In this document: piece after piece, positions 28,080 to 37,149 of the stretch
Numbering within the stretch: the first letter of the stretch is position 1
Layout of the letters: the number at the start of each line of letters is the position of its first letter
From: Terriglobia bacterium
GTDB lineage: Bacteria > Acidobacteriota > Terriglobia > UBA7540
DNA: 64,000 bases
Assembly: GCA_050018275.1 (NCBI GenBank)
Contig: JBEKAK010000017.1
Coordinates: forward strand, 6,015-70,014
Reading direction: 5' to 3'
Program-made: the position numbers and the translations under genes
Notes under the pieces: generated by a model
The model's database searches: none
What the model was told of the DNA's origin: nothing
What the model saw: only the letters and a program-made list of their open reading frames with translations

Positions 28080-29312
28080 TCAGTAAACTTGAAAGCTGCC
28101 GGTCGCTATTCGGCTGCCGTTCACGAACAATTCCACCCGGTAGAAGCCCCGTTTCCACATGCCCGGGTTTCTCCAGCCGCGGCCAAAACTAGACACCGGC
28201 GCGGTCCAGCCCGCCTCCGCATAAGTATTCAAGCTCTGCTGAGCAAACACGGTGCCATTCGGATTGTACCAAGTCGCATTGATGGTGAAATCCACGCGGG
28301 AGGCCAAAGCAGGACAGCTAAGGTTAAGCTCCCAGTAGATGTAGTGAGAGGTCCGGTGATCGAATCGCGTCTGGTAGGTGCGGTGTCCGAACTCCACGCC
28401 ACCGTAGCCGGATTCAAAAAACTTGACCTCCGTGACACGTGCTCCCGGGATGGGGAAATTCGGCAGGGTGCCGGGCTCTGGTGGAACGACCCGCGGTCGT
28501 GGTGGTGGCGCAACCGGGGCGGTTACGGCCACATACGTGGTAGCGGTATTGACTCCTCCGGGACCCGTTGCCGTCACAGTGTACGTCGTCGACTCGCGCG
28601 GCGACACGCTTGTCGTACCCTTGGCCGCTACTTTGCCGACGCCCGGCTCAATCTCCACATCGGTCGCGTTCTCCGACACCCAGCTCAGCCTGACTGACTG
28701 CCCGGACTGAATTGAGGTCGTGTCCGCCTCCAGCGTGACTGTCGGCGGGGAGGCTTTCTGCTCCAAGGTCACAAACACAGTCCCGGTCTCCCCCGGGGTG
28801 ACCTTGATGGAGTTCTCCCAGGATTTGTAACCCGCCAGTGAAACGCGCAGGCGATAAGTGCCGGCGGCCAATCCGGACAGGCGGAATTCTCCCCCGGCAC
28901 TGGTCATCCCTTTCGGTTCGTCGTTCAGGTAAACCTGTGCCTCACCAGGTTGCGACTGAATCTTCAGAGTTCCTGTGCGCGCAGGCCGCTGCTCCGGCTC
29001 CTGGGGTTTGGAGGCGCTCCGCATGGCGTCGATCAGTTCCTGCGTGGCGCCGGCCTCGCGGAACCTCTTTTCCAGCTCGTCGAATAGGGTGAAACTGATG
29101 CCTTTATCGGCGACGATTTGGGCAATTCGCGTGCACGGCACGCCGCCCTGCAGCAACTCCATGACATCTTTTACAGAGAGAGGTTTGCCCTTCTGCGCCG
29201 CCAGCGGGCCGGCTACGACCAGTAGAGCCAGCAGCAAGAATACCAAGCATCTTCGTACTAGCGTCCCATCGTGGGCTGCACTCTTCGAACCAGCATCTGG
29301 GATTTTGGACAT
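28080..29312 (-). CDS. PEGA domain-containing secreted protein, long paralogue with an extra Ig-like domain
   Basis: PEGA-type segment TLKIQSQPGEAQVYLNDEPKGMTSAGGEFRLSGLAAGTYRLRVSLAGYKSWENSIKV and an Ig-like insert SIQSGQSVRLSWVSENATDVEIEPGVGKV...TTYTVTATGPGG. It shares its N- and C-terminal domains with the gene at 29718-30704. Confidence 0.8.
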   Translation of the reverse strand: MSKIPDAGSKSAAHDGTLVRRCLVFLLLALLVVAGPLAAQKGKPLSVKDVMELLQGGVPCTRIAQIVADKGISFTLFDELEKRFREAGATQELIDAMRSASKPQEPEQRPARTGTLKIQSQPGEAQVYLNDEPKGMTSAGGEFRLSGLAAGTYRLRVSLAGYKSWENSIKVTPGETGTVFVTLEQKASPPTVTLEADTTSIQSGQSVRLSWVSENATDVEIEPGVGKVAAKGTTSVSPRESTTYTVTATGPGGVNTATTYVAVTAPVAPPPRPRVVPPEPGTLPNFPIPGARVTEVKFFESGYGGVEFGHRTYQTRFDHRTSHYIYWELNLSCPALASRVDFTINATWYNPNGTVFAQQSLNTYAEAGWTAPVSSFGRGWRNPGMWKRGFYRVELFVNGSRIATGSFQVY

Positions 29313-29717
29313 AGCTTCTTCACAGATTGCTTACAAACACGGACTGTCAGCGCAGCGGCGATCTGGCCCTTCAACAATCCGCGCATCCGAGGCTCTCAGC
29401 TCACGGCTGTCCTTCCGTCCTTTCTCAGCCCGCTCTGAGATCACAATATCCTGCCTGACAGCGATTCTATCGCAACGCCTGAGCATGAACAAGGGCAGTG
29501 CCGCGATTGCTCCCGTGCACCCGTCAATCCACCGCAAGGCCAAGCCGAGCACACGAGCCGGCTTCGCCACGGTGGGCCCAGGCAAGTCATGGTGAGTCAA
29601 TGGGAGTGAATTCGCGGCGAGAATCGGCGGTTGCGCAGGGGAGGCTGGAATGGCTTTTCGGGGCACGACGTGCCGATGGATCTGGCCTTTGAGACTGCGT
29701 GAGGTGGGCCACCGCCA

Positions 29718-30704
29718 TCAGTTAATCTGAAAAGTTCCAGTCGCCACGCGCGTGTTCTCGACATACAGGTCAACGCGATAGGTGCCGGACGTCCAGTGGC
29801 CGGCATCGGCCCATCCCCAGCCGCGGGTATGCCAGGAGGTACCCCAATCGGGCTGCACGTAGCCGTCCATGGTCTGCCGGCCCATCTCGGTTCCATCAGG
29901 TCTGTACCAGTAGGCGTCGACCTTGAATTCAATCCGCTGGCTCGGTTTGGGGTAGGTCAGGTCGAGCTCCCACCAAACCGCTCGCGTTGAACTTCGGTCG
30001 AAGCTAAAACGGTAGACCCGCTCCGCTTTGTCCAAGGTCTTATCGTGCGGTCCCTCAAAGAATTGCAGGGGAGAGACTTTCACACCCGGGACAGGAATTC
30101 CTGTGGACGGCGAGGTGACCGGGGGCGTCTCCTGGACCGGCGGAGGATTATCCTTGACGGGATTCTCGGGGGGCTTCTGCACCAGGGTGACGTATACCGT
30201 CTGCACCTCACCGGCCGCCACCGTGACGGTCTTTTCCCAGCTTTGGTAGCCCAGCACACTAACCCGGACGCTGTAGGTTCCCGGCTTCAGGCCGGGCAAA
30301 CGGATGTCGCCCTCCGGGCTGGTGATGCCCTTCGGTTCGTCATTCAAATAAACCTGCGCCTCCCCGGGCGTGGTTTGAAACCGTAAACCTCCCGTCCTCG
30401 GCTGTTCGGATTCCGCTCGGCGTCTCGCCGCGCGCCTCAGGGCCGAGACCACATCGTCAGCGCCTCCGGCGTTGCGAATCCTCTGCTCGCTCTCAGCGGT
30501 AAAATCGAAAGCAATGCCCCGCTCGTTCACGATCTCGGCAACGCGCGCGCTGGGGACACCGCCCTCCAGCAACTCGATCACATCTCGTTCATTGAGCGGC
30601 TTGCCCGTCTGCGCCGCAGCGGGGCGCGCCGCTGTCAATACCATGAGCGCGAGGAAAAACGCGCTCAGTCCCGCCAGTCGGAATCGGTAGGTTGCACGTC
30701 GCAT
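29718..30704 (-). CDS. PEGA domain-containing secreted protein, short paralogue
   Basis: Start chosen at MRRATYRFRLAGLSAFFLALMVLTAARPAAAQ. PEGA segment GLRFQTTPGEAQVYLNDEPKGITSPEGDIRLPGLKPGTYSVRVSVLGYQSWEKTVTV. Clear nucleotide and protein paralogy to 28080-29312. Confidence 0.8.
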   Translation of the reverse strand: MRRATYRFRLAGLSAFFLALMVLTAARPAAAQTGKPLNERDVIELLEGGVPSARVAEIVNERGIAFDFTAESEQRIRNAGGADDVVSALRRAARRRAESEQPRTGGLRFQTTPGEAQVYLNDEPKGITSPEGDIRLPGLKPGTYSVRVSVLGYQSWEKTVTVAAGEVQTVYVTLVQKPPENPVKDNPPPVQETPPVTSPSTGIPVPGVKVSPLQFFEGPHDKTLDKAERVYRFSFDRSSTRAVWWELDLTYPKPSQRIEFKVDAYWYRPDGTEMGRQTMDGYVQPDWGTSWHTRGWGWADAGHWTSGTYRVDLYVENTRVATGTFQIN

Positions 30705-30952
30705 ACCTGGAACGTTCACACCTCCCAGTTTAAGCTGTTTGTTGGCCGCGCCATCTGAGGTCAGTGTAATCTTACCGCAAGGGGTGAGGACACACAAGTT
30801 GTTGTGAATGGCGCCGGCAGCGGTGTCGCCCCCGGCGCCGGAGCTCACGGCTGGAATGCCCGCAGTGCAGTCGAAGAACCTGACCGGGACGCCCAGGCTA
30901 CGGCGCTCGCCGCAGGACGACAACAAATAATGCCTCCTGCTGTCCGATTCCC

Positions 30953-30961
30953 TGCTAGAAT
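30953..30961 (+). promoter_or_regulatory. Candidate extended -10 promoter element TGcTAGAAT
   Basis: Read directly, 46 nt upstream of ATG 31007. No good -35 element was seen. Confidence 0.3.
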
Positions 30962-31006
30962 CGCGCTCGCAATGCCCGTCCATTCCCGGAAGCGAGGAGG
31001 CATCCC

Positions 31007-32347
31007 ATGCAAACGAAATCGCGAAGATTTTCAAGCCCACGGTGGCCCCTGACGCCAATCCTCGCCCTGTTCGCCGCGCTACTCGGTCCGCCCACGGCGT
31101 TCAGCCAGGGGACGCGCCTGACCGTCACGGTCGGCCCCGCAGACGCCGACGTCATCGGCGCCGACAACGTGGCCATCCAGAAAGCCATCGACCGCGTGGC
31201 GGCAGCGGGCGGCGGCACGGTGGTGATCAAGGCCGGCACGTATCTGCTGGCCAATTCTGTGCGCCTGGCCAGTCACCTCACCCTGCGCGGCGAAGGGCCG
31301 GACAAAACCCTGCTCAAGAAAGTCCCCGGCGTGCGCAGCAAGCTGAAGCTCGATGCCGACTACGGCGAGATGATCGCCACGGTGGAAGACGTGCGCGGCT
31401 TCGCGCCTGGCATGGGCGTCACGATTCTCGACAAGGCCAGCCCTGGCGGCTGGACGCCCAGCGTCCGCACCATCGTGCGCATCGAAGGGAACACGCTCTA
31501 CCTCGACCGCTTCCTGCAAATGGATTATTCCGTCGCGAACCAAGGCGAGGTCTTCAACACTTTCCCACTCGTTGCGGGCTTCGACGTCGCCGACGTGCGG
31601 GTCGAGGACCTCACCGTGGACGGCAGCCGCTCCGACAGCGTCATCCTGGACGGCTGCCAGGCGGCTGGCATCTACTTCTTCCATTCCCAGCGCATGACCA
31701 TTCACAATTGCGTGGCGCGCAACTACCCGGGCGATGGCATCGGCACGCAGTATGTGGAAGACCCGGTAGTGGATAACTGCGAGGTGTACGGCAACGCCCA
31801 ACTGGGGATTCACCTGGGTACGGGGGCGCTGCATGGCATCGTCCGCTACAACCGCGCGCACGACAACGGACAGGACGGGCTTTACCTCTGCTGGCGCGTC
31901 CAACACGCGCTGTACGAGGCTAATCAGTCGTGGAATAACGGCAGCGATGGTATTTCACTCGGCCATAAGGATACGGATAATACCTTTATCAAGAACATCG
32001 TCAGCGGGAATGGACGCGCCGGGATTTACTTCCGCGACGAAAGCGCGGCCAACGCTGCCAGCCGCAACACCTTCGAAGAAAACGTCATCGAGGATAACGG
32101 CCGGCCCGACGCCCCCGGCTACGGCATCCGGATCGAGGGCGAAACGCGCGATTTGAGGTTCGTCTCCAACACTATCCGCTCGCGCCGCAAGGACGACGTG
32201 GTGGTGCAGCCAGTGGGAATCTATATCGGGCCCAAAGCCGACTACGTCACCTCCGAGCGCAACCTCTTCGTCGGCGACCTGAAACAGGCCATCGTCAATG
32301 AGTCCCAGGGTGGCCATAACCAACTCGCCCCGCCCGTGGGCAGGTGA
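31007..32347 (+). CDS. Right-handed parallel beta-helix repeat protein (pectate-lyase-fold), secreted
   Basis: Signal peptide followed by NVAIQKAIDRVAAAGGGTVVIKAGTYLL, and repeated GxxxxxSxxNxIxxN-type beta-helix turns (NCVARNYPGDGIG, NCEVYGNAQLGIH, NRAHDNGQDGLY, NQSWNNGSDGIS, NIVSGNGRAGIY). RBS GAGGAGG. Confidence 0.8.
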   Translation: MQTKSRRFSSPRWPLTPILALFAALLGPPTAFSQGTRLTVTVGPADADVIGADNVAIQKAIDRVAAAGGGTVVIKAGTYLLANSVRLASHLTLRGEGPDKTLLKKVPGVRSKLKLDADYGEMIATVEDVRGFAPGMGVTILDKASPGGWTPSVRTIVRIEGNTLYLDRFLQMDYSVANQGEVFNTFPLVAGFDVADVRVEDLTVDGSRSDSVILDGCQAAGIYFFHSQRMTIHNCVARNYPGDGIGTQYVEDPVVDNCEVYGNAQLGIHLGTGALHGIVRYNRAHDNGQDGLYLCWRVQHALYEANQSWNNGSDGISLGHKDTDNTFIKNIVSGNGRAGIYFRDESAANAASRNTFEENVIEDNGRPDAPGYGIRIEGETRDLRFVSNTIRSRRKDDVVVQPVGIYIGPKADYVTSERNLFVGDLKQAIVNESQGGHNQLAPPVGR

Positions 32348-32701
32348 ACACCATCGCCTGCCGCTCGCGGCTGTAATCCGAATTTCTCACCACGCCAGGG
32401 TCGATATTCCCAGGACTCGCGCCCGCGCACGGCGGGTCAAAGGAGACTCTCGCACGGCGAGCCAAAAGAGGCCCTGGGCGTTTCGATTCCTTATCCCTGC
32501 GAACCCACGGCAAATCTGTAGTTGTAGCGCAGGGCCCGGCCGGTGCGGCTTTTCCAGCGGCGCGGGACCTTGCCGCGCCCGAGACAAGGCAATCTGAATT
32601 TCCCTTTGCCGCGCCGCCAAAACCACGGCGCGGTCGAAAAGCCGCAAGGCTGGAGGGCGAGCCTTGCGCTCCATCGAACCGATCACCCAGTCAGCCGATT
32701 C

Positions 32702-33472
32702 TCACTGGCCCCCGACCTCGGACTTCGGACCCACTTGTGCCAACGCCTTCTTGAGCTCGGCTTCCCATTTGGCAGCCGCGACGGAGGTGAAGACATAGAG
32801 CGGGCAGAGTTCTCGGAAGATACGCTCGACTTGCCGGGCAAACTCAGGAGTGCCGAGGCCGCGCGCGTTGGGCAGGAAGACCTTGCGCACCACCCAAGCG
32901 TGGAGCGTCAGCCAATCTTCCGGGCGGCGCGGCAGGCCGGCGTGCTGCGCCCACTCGCCCTTCTCCTCGCGGTACCAGTAGCTTTCGTAGCGCCGGGCGC
33001 GGACGACCCGCGCGAGTAGACTCTCGAACAATTGGCGATGCGAAGCGAGGCGCCTGCGGAACAGGGTCTCCAGCGCGCCTTTCGGACCTCGCCAACTGCC
33101 GTAAATCGAAAAGCCCACGGTGAGGCAATCCGCCGAGAGCCCCACGTACAACCGGCCCGCGTGGCCGCGGTCGTGGCGGCCGTCGTACACGTAGAGATAA
33201 AAGTTCGGCTTGTAGGGGCTCTTGTCTTTGCTGAAGCGGATGTCGCGATTGATGCGCGAGAAGTTGCCGTTAGTCTTGCCGGCGGTCTCGAAGTGCGGAT
33301 TGAGCTTCAGCAGGAACGCCGTGAGCGCTTCGAGCAGGCCGCGAAAGGCCCCCACAACGTGCTGGTCGTAGCGAGTCCGGTTCTGATCGAACCAAGCCTT
33401 TTGGTTGTTCCGCGCGAGTTCCTCGAAAAAGAGAAACGAATCTGCCAGGAAGCCTTGGAAAGAAGTCGCCAC
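32702..33472 (-). CDS. DUF2461 (TIGR02453) family protein
   Basis: N-terminal FLFFEELARNNQKAWFDQNRTRYDQHV and FSRINRDIRFSKDKSPYKPNF match my recollection of this family. Confidence 0.8.
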   Translation of the reverse strand: MATSFQGFLADSFLFFEELARNNQKAWFDQNRTRYDQHVVGAFRGLLEALTAFLLKLNPHFETAGKTNGNFSRINRDIRFSKDKSPYKPNFYLYVYDGRHDRGHAGRLYVGLSADCLTVGFSIYGSWRGPKGALETLFRRRLASHRQLFESLLARVVRARRYESYWYREEKGEWAQHAGLPRRPEDWLTLHAWVVRKVFLPNARGLGTPEFARQVERIFRELCPLYVFTSVAAAKWEAELKKALAQVGPKSEVGGQ

Positions 33473-34091
33473 AGTTGTCTTCTAAGAAAACCGCTGCAAT
33501 AGGACCCTATTATACCCGGACACAAAAACGCTGGGGGGCTGGAGAGCCGATCAGCGTGCTAGATGAGCTCCGAGGGGCGCTCGGGCAGTGACCATGGGCT
33601 GAAGGTTACGGAATTATCCGGCCGCGCCGTAGTTTCGCCATGGAATTGCCGATTTCTGGCTCAAAATGCCCGTTTCCCTCCGATCCTCTGCTTTGACGGA
33701 GTAGGGTCGAGGTCTTCGGAATACCCGCCTTCACCTCTGTGTATGACCAGGAGCAACGAGAGAACTGTCAATTCCAAGCCTGAGGCCAGCAAAGCGGAGG
33801 AGCTTCTGACGGTCGTCGCACCCACGTCTCCTGACATAGCACAGGGAAAAAACACGCGCCTGTCATGCGTTGAATCTCGCATAGTGAGGAATGGCGTAGC
33901 TGCGGGCCACCTGGAGCGTGTGCCTGCCAGCTTACAGAAATTGATAAACATCATAAAACACAAGCAGTACTTGCGCTTCTCGGAGTGCCACCGGGGGAGT
34001 CTGCGACCAAAGCAAAAGGTCAATTCTGGCAGAACGATTGCGGCGAACGCCAGATGGGACCAGTCGTAATTCGTCGTGATAGGAGGGGAAA

Positions 34092-34577
34092 ATGGCCATA
34101 CCCCAACGGATCCGCGACTACTTGGATTCCCACAACGTGTCCTACGAGACGCTTCACCACTCGCAAGCCTTCACGGGACAGGAGGTTGCACACTCCCTGC
34201 ACGTTTCGGGAAAGAAGTGCGTGAAGGCTGTGGCGGTCAGAGGAGACAGCAAGCCGGTGCTAGCAGTCATCCCAGCCTCGCACCGCCTGGACTTTCAAGA
34301 GCTAAGGGTAAGCCTGGAAGTGAGCCGACTGGAGATGCTCCCGGAAAGCGAGCTGGTCGGACTCTTCCCGGATTGCGACCTGGGCGCAGTGCCGCCTTTC
34401 GGCAACCTGTACGGGATCGACGTATGGGTTGATCGGGGCGTGGCGGATGCGGAGGAAATGCTATTCTGCGCGGGAACTCACGAAGACTGCATCCGCATGC
34501 GTTATTCGGACTTCGCGAAACTGACCCTGCCCCGATTGGGCCGGTTCTCCGAGCTGGCAGCGGCCAAGGCAGCCTGA
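34092..34577 (+). CDS. YbaK/EbsC-type aminoacyl-tRNA deacylase domain protein
   Basis: 161 aa with KAVAVRGDSKPVLAVIPASHRLDF and AVPPFGNLYGIDVWVD, which is the YbaK/ProX fold pattern. Strong RBS AGGAGG. Confidence 0.8.
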   Translation: MAIPQRIRDYLDSHNVSYETLHHSQAFTGQEVAHSLHVSGKKCVKAVAVRGDSKPVLAVIPASHRLDFQELRVSLEVSRLEMLPESELVGLFPDCDLGAVPPFGNLYGIDVWVDRGVADAEEMLFCAGTHEDCIRMRYSDFAKLTLPRLGRFSELAAAKAA

Positions 34578-34704
34578 CCTGCTTTGATGAAGCTTTTATC
34601 GCCCGCTTTGTGTCTCTCCGCGTGCTTGTGCCGGGCACGATGGGGAGTTCGTTTGCTTCTTGGCATCCCCACGGTGATCGCCGCGAATTCATTAGGAGGG
34701 CTTG

Positions 34705-35997
34705 ATGCTTGGATTGAAGGAAAAACTGCAACAACTGATCCCCGCGTTAAGGGATGAAGTCCGCAAGCTCATCAAGGAGCGCGGAGAGGTGGTCATTTCC
34801 GAGGTCACCGTGAGCCAAGTTTTCGGTGGCATGCGTGGTGTCAAGGGTCTGGTATGTGACACCTCGGTGGTGGACCCGGACAAGGGTTTGGCCGTGCGTG
34901 GCATTCCCATTGGAGAACTTGCGGACCGCCTGCCGGAAGAAATCTTCTTCCTGCTTTGCACCGGAGAGTTGCCGGATGCCGAAGCGCTGGCCTCGCTGCA
35001 GGCGGAATTTCGCAAGCGCGCCCACGTCCCGCCCTACGTCTGGGATGTGCTGGAAGCGATGCCGAAAGACTCCCATCCCATGACCATGTTCAGCACGGCC
35101 ATCCTGGTGATGGAGCGCGACTCGGTGTTCCGCCGCCGCTATGCCGAGGGCATGCCCAAAGACACCTACTGGGAAGCCACGCTGGAAGATTCCCTGCAAT
35201 TGCTAGCCAAGCTTCCCGCGGTGGCGGCGGGAATCTACCGCCTGCACTCGCATCGGGGCGCACTGCTGCCCTCCGACCCCCGGCTCGATTGGGCGGCTGA
35301 CTACGCCCACATGCTGGGCTTATCCGATCCCAGCGGAGAATTCGCCAACCTGATGCGTCTCTACCTGACCCTGCACTGCGACCACGAGGGCGGAAACGTC
35401 AGCGCGTTCACGTGTCACACCGTCGGGTCGGCGCTATCCGATGCTTACTACGCCGTCTCGGCGGGCCTGAACGGCTTGGCCGGGCCGCTCCATGGGCTGG
35501 CGAATCAGGAATGCCTCCACTTCGTGCTCGACGTTCGCAAGAAGTTCGACGGGGTTCCCAGCGACGAGCAGTTGCGCGAGCACGCCTGGAACGTTCTCAA
35601 GGAGGGGCGCGTGATCCCCGGCTACGGCCACGCCGTCCTGCGCGTCACCGACCCGCGCTTTACGGCCTTCCACAAGTTTGGCGAGCGCGTCTGTGCTGAC
35701 GACGACGTCTTCCGCATCGTCGACAGGGTCTTTGCCGTCGTCCCCGGACTGTTGCGGGAACAGGGCAAGGCCAAGGATCCCTGGCCCAACGTGGACGCGA
35801 TCTCCGGCGCGCTGCTGTATCACTTCGGCCTGACCGAATTCGAGTACTACACCGTTCTGTTCGGCGTCTCGCGCGCGCTGGGATTGTGCGCCCAGTTGAT
35901 CCTGAATCGAGCCCTGGGAACACCCATCACGCGGCCCAAGTCCGTAAGCACCGAATGGATCAAGTCGAATCTTAAGGCGGCCCGACAGGCCGCATGA
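34705..35997 (+). CDS. gltA: Citrate synthase, eukaryotic-like type
   Basis: Motifs VFGGMRGVKGLVCDTSVVDP, LHCDHEGGNVSAFT and GLAGPLHGLANQE. ATG 34705 follows AGGAGG at a 5-nt spacing; the track ORF starts 3 nt earlier at TTG. Confidence 0.9.
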   Translation: MLGLKEKLQQLIPALRDEVRKLIKERGEVVISEVTVSQVFGGMRGVKGLVCDTSVVDPDKGLAVRGIPIGELADRLPEEIFFLLCTGELPDAEALASLQAEFRKRAHVPPYVWDVLEAMPKDSHPMTMFSTAILVMERDSVFRRRYAEGMPKDTYWEATLEDSLQLLAKLPAVAAGIYRLHSHRGALLPSDPRLDWAADYAHMLGLSDPSGEFANLMRLYLTLHCDHEGGNVSAFTCHTVGSALSDAYYAVSAGLNGLAGPLHGLANQECLHFVLDVRKKFDGVPSDEQLREHAWNVLKEGRVIPGYGHAVLRVTDPRFTAFHKFGERVCADDDVFRIVDRVFAVVPGLLREQGKAKDPWPNVDAISGALLYHFGLTEFEYYTVLFGVSRALGLCAQLILNRALGTPITRPKSVSTEWIKSNLKAARQAA

Positions 35998-36077
35998 GGA
36001 TGGCAGTCGGGCAGGAGCGCAACGGATCTCCCACCCGCAGAGATTACCTGTTCAGGAATCCTCACGAGGAGAATGTC

Positions 36078-36767
36078 ATGGGACCCGGATGTGCCAACTG
36101 TCCCGTCTTAAAGACTTCGCTGTTTCACAGCTTGGCGCGCGAGCAGATCCAGCGTCTGGGCTGTGTGTTTCGACCTGCCCGCTATCGCCGGAACCAGATC
36201 CTGTTCTTCGAGGGGGGCGCGGCTCAACATCTCTTCGCCCTCCACTCCGGTCTGGTGAAGATGGTGAAATCTCTCGAGAATGGAAAGGATCGGATCACCT
36301 CTGTCCTCTTCCCCGGCGAGCTGTTCGGTCTGGAGTCGCTCACGGACGTAGCCTACCCCCTCACCGCCGTAACCCTGCGTGACTGCGAGATCTGCGCGGC
36401 GCCGCGCGAGGAGTTTTTCGGCTTCCTGCAAACGAACCCGGAAGTCGCCATGGGCATGGTTCGGTTCCTGGTCGGAGAGCTCGAACGCGTCCGAAGGCAA
36501 GTCACCGACATGAGCTTCAAGGATGCCCGCATGAAGGTGGCGACGTTTCTGCTTTCACTGATCTCACCTGACACGCCGACGCCTGACGAGGGCGTGACCC
36601 TGAAGCTGCCGCTTTCCCGGCAGGAGATCAGCGAGGTTCTGGAGCTTTCGCCGGAAACCGTGAGCCGGTCCCTGAGCGCTTTCCGTCGTGAGCAGTTGGT
36701 CGTGGCGCGCGGACGGCACTTGGTGATTCGGAATCGCACCGGGCTGGAGAACGTGGCGCACCGTTAA
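36078..36767 (+). CDS. Crp/Fnr family transcriptional regulator
   Basis: cNMP-binding-like fold (RNQILFFEGGAAQHLFALHSGLVKM) and C-terminal HTH (SRQEISEVLELSPETVSRSLSAFRREQLV). Start chosen at MGPGCANCPVLK, after GAGGAG. The N-terminal CxxC plus later Cys residues hint at an FNR-like sensor. Confidence 0.85.
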   Translation: MGPGCANCPVLKTSLFHSLAREQIQRLGCVFRPARYRRNQILFFEGGAAQHLFALHSGLVKMVKSLENGKDRITSVLFPGELFGLESLTDVAYPLTAVTLRDCEICAAPREEFFGFLQTNPEVAMGMVRFLVGELERVRRQVTDMSFKDARMKVATFLLSLISPDTPTPDEGVTLKLPLSRQEISEVLELSPETVSRSLSAFRREQLVVARGRHLVIRNRTGLENVAHR

Positions 36768-36866
36768 CGCGTCCGTACCGACCAAGCTCCTACCCTTCCC
36801 GAAGGTTTTCATCAAATCTCGGGCTGACGGACTCTCTTCGGGGCAGGCATTTGAGTCGGCCTAAGG

Positions 36867-36881
36867 ATGACTGATTGTCAT
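36867..36881. promoter_or_regulatory. Palindrome ATGAC-TGATT-GTCAT, candidate Crp/Fnr-type operator
   Basis: Read directly in the 380-nt region between the Crp/Fnr gene and the 37150 operon. Confidence 0.35.
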
Positions 36882-36973
36882 CACGGAACCCTGGAGTCAC
36901 CCTCCTGCGAAACCTCATCCTGAGACAAATAAAACAATTACCTTCTGGCGATTGACCACGCTCTGCCAGATTT

Positions 36974-36987
36974 ATGACTTATGTCAT
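36974..36987. promoter_or_regulatory. Palindrome ATGAC-TTAT-GTCAT (5-N4-5, same geometry as an FNR box)
   Basis: Read directly, about 170 nt upstream of the 37150 start. Same half-sites as 36867-36881. Confidence 0.4.
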
Positions 36988-37149
36988 CGACAGGTCCTTT
37001 GAGGGCCTGTTACCGTCGCTACTTGCGTCGGGTCTCGGGTTCAGGAGTTTCATGGTAGGACTCCCTGGAACCCACAAAGCCTCACTCTTATCCTACACGG
37101 CGAGGCATATCCAGGCTGGTTCCTCACCTCCGAGTCGTCCAAAAGGTCA

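Noticed and set aside
29331-29666. 111-aa minus-strand ORF in the gap between the two PEGA genes
   Set aside because: No motifs, no RBS and an Arg/Ala/Pro-rich composition. It is more likely the untranslated promoter region of the downstream PEGA gene.
33473-34091. 620-nt gap between DUF2461 and ybaK, checked for an RNA gene or small ORF
   Set aside because: I could not recognise tmRNA, RNase P, SRP, 6S or riboswitch signatures by eye. The track ORFs (33563-34069 plus, 33661-34023 minus) have no convincing protein features. It remains unexplained and would need a covariance-model scan.
37066-37081. Possible sigma54 element TGGAACCCACAAAGCC upstream of the 37150 operon
   Set aside because: Only the GG and GC dinucleotides match, and the -12 TTGC is AAGC. 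Too weak to call.
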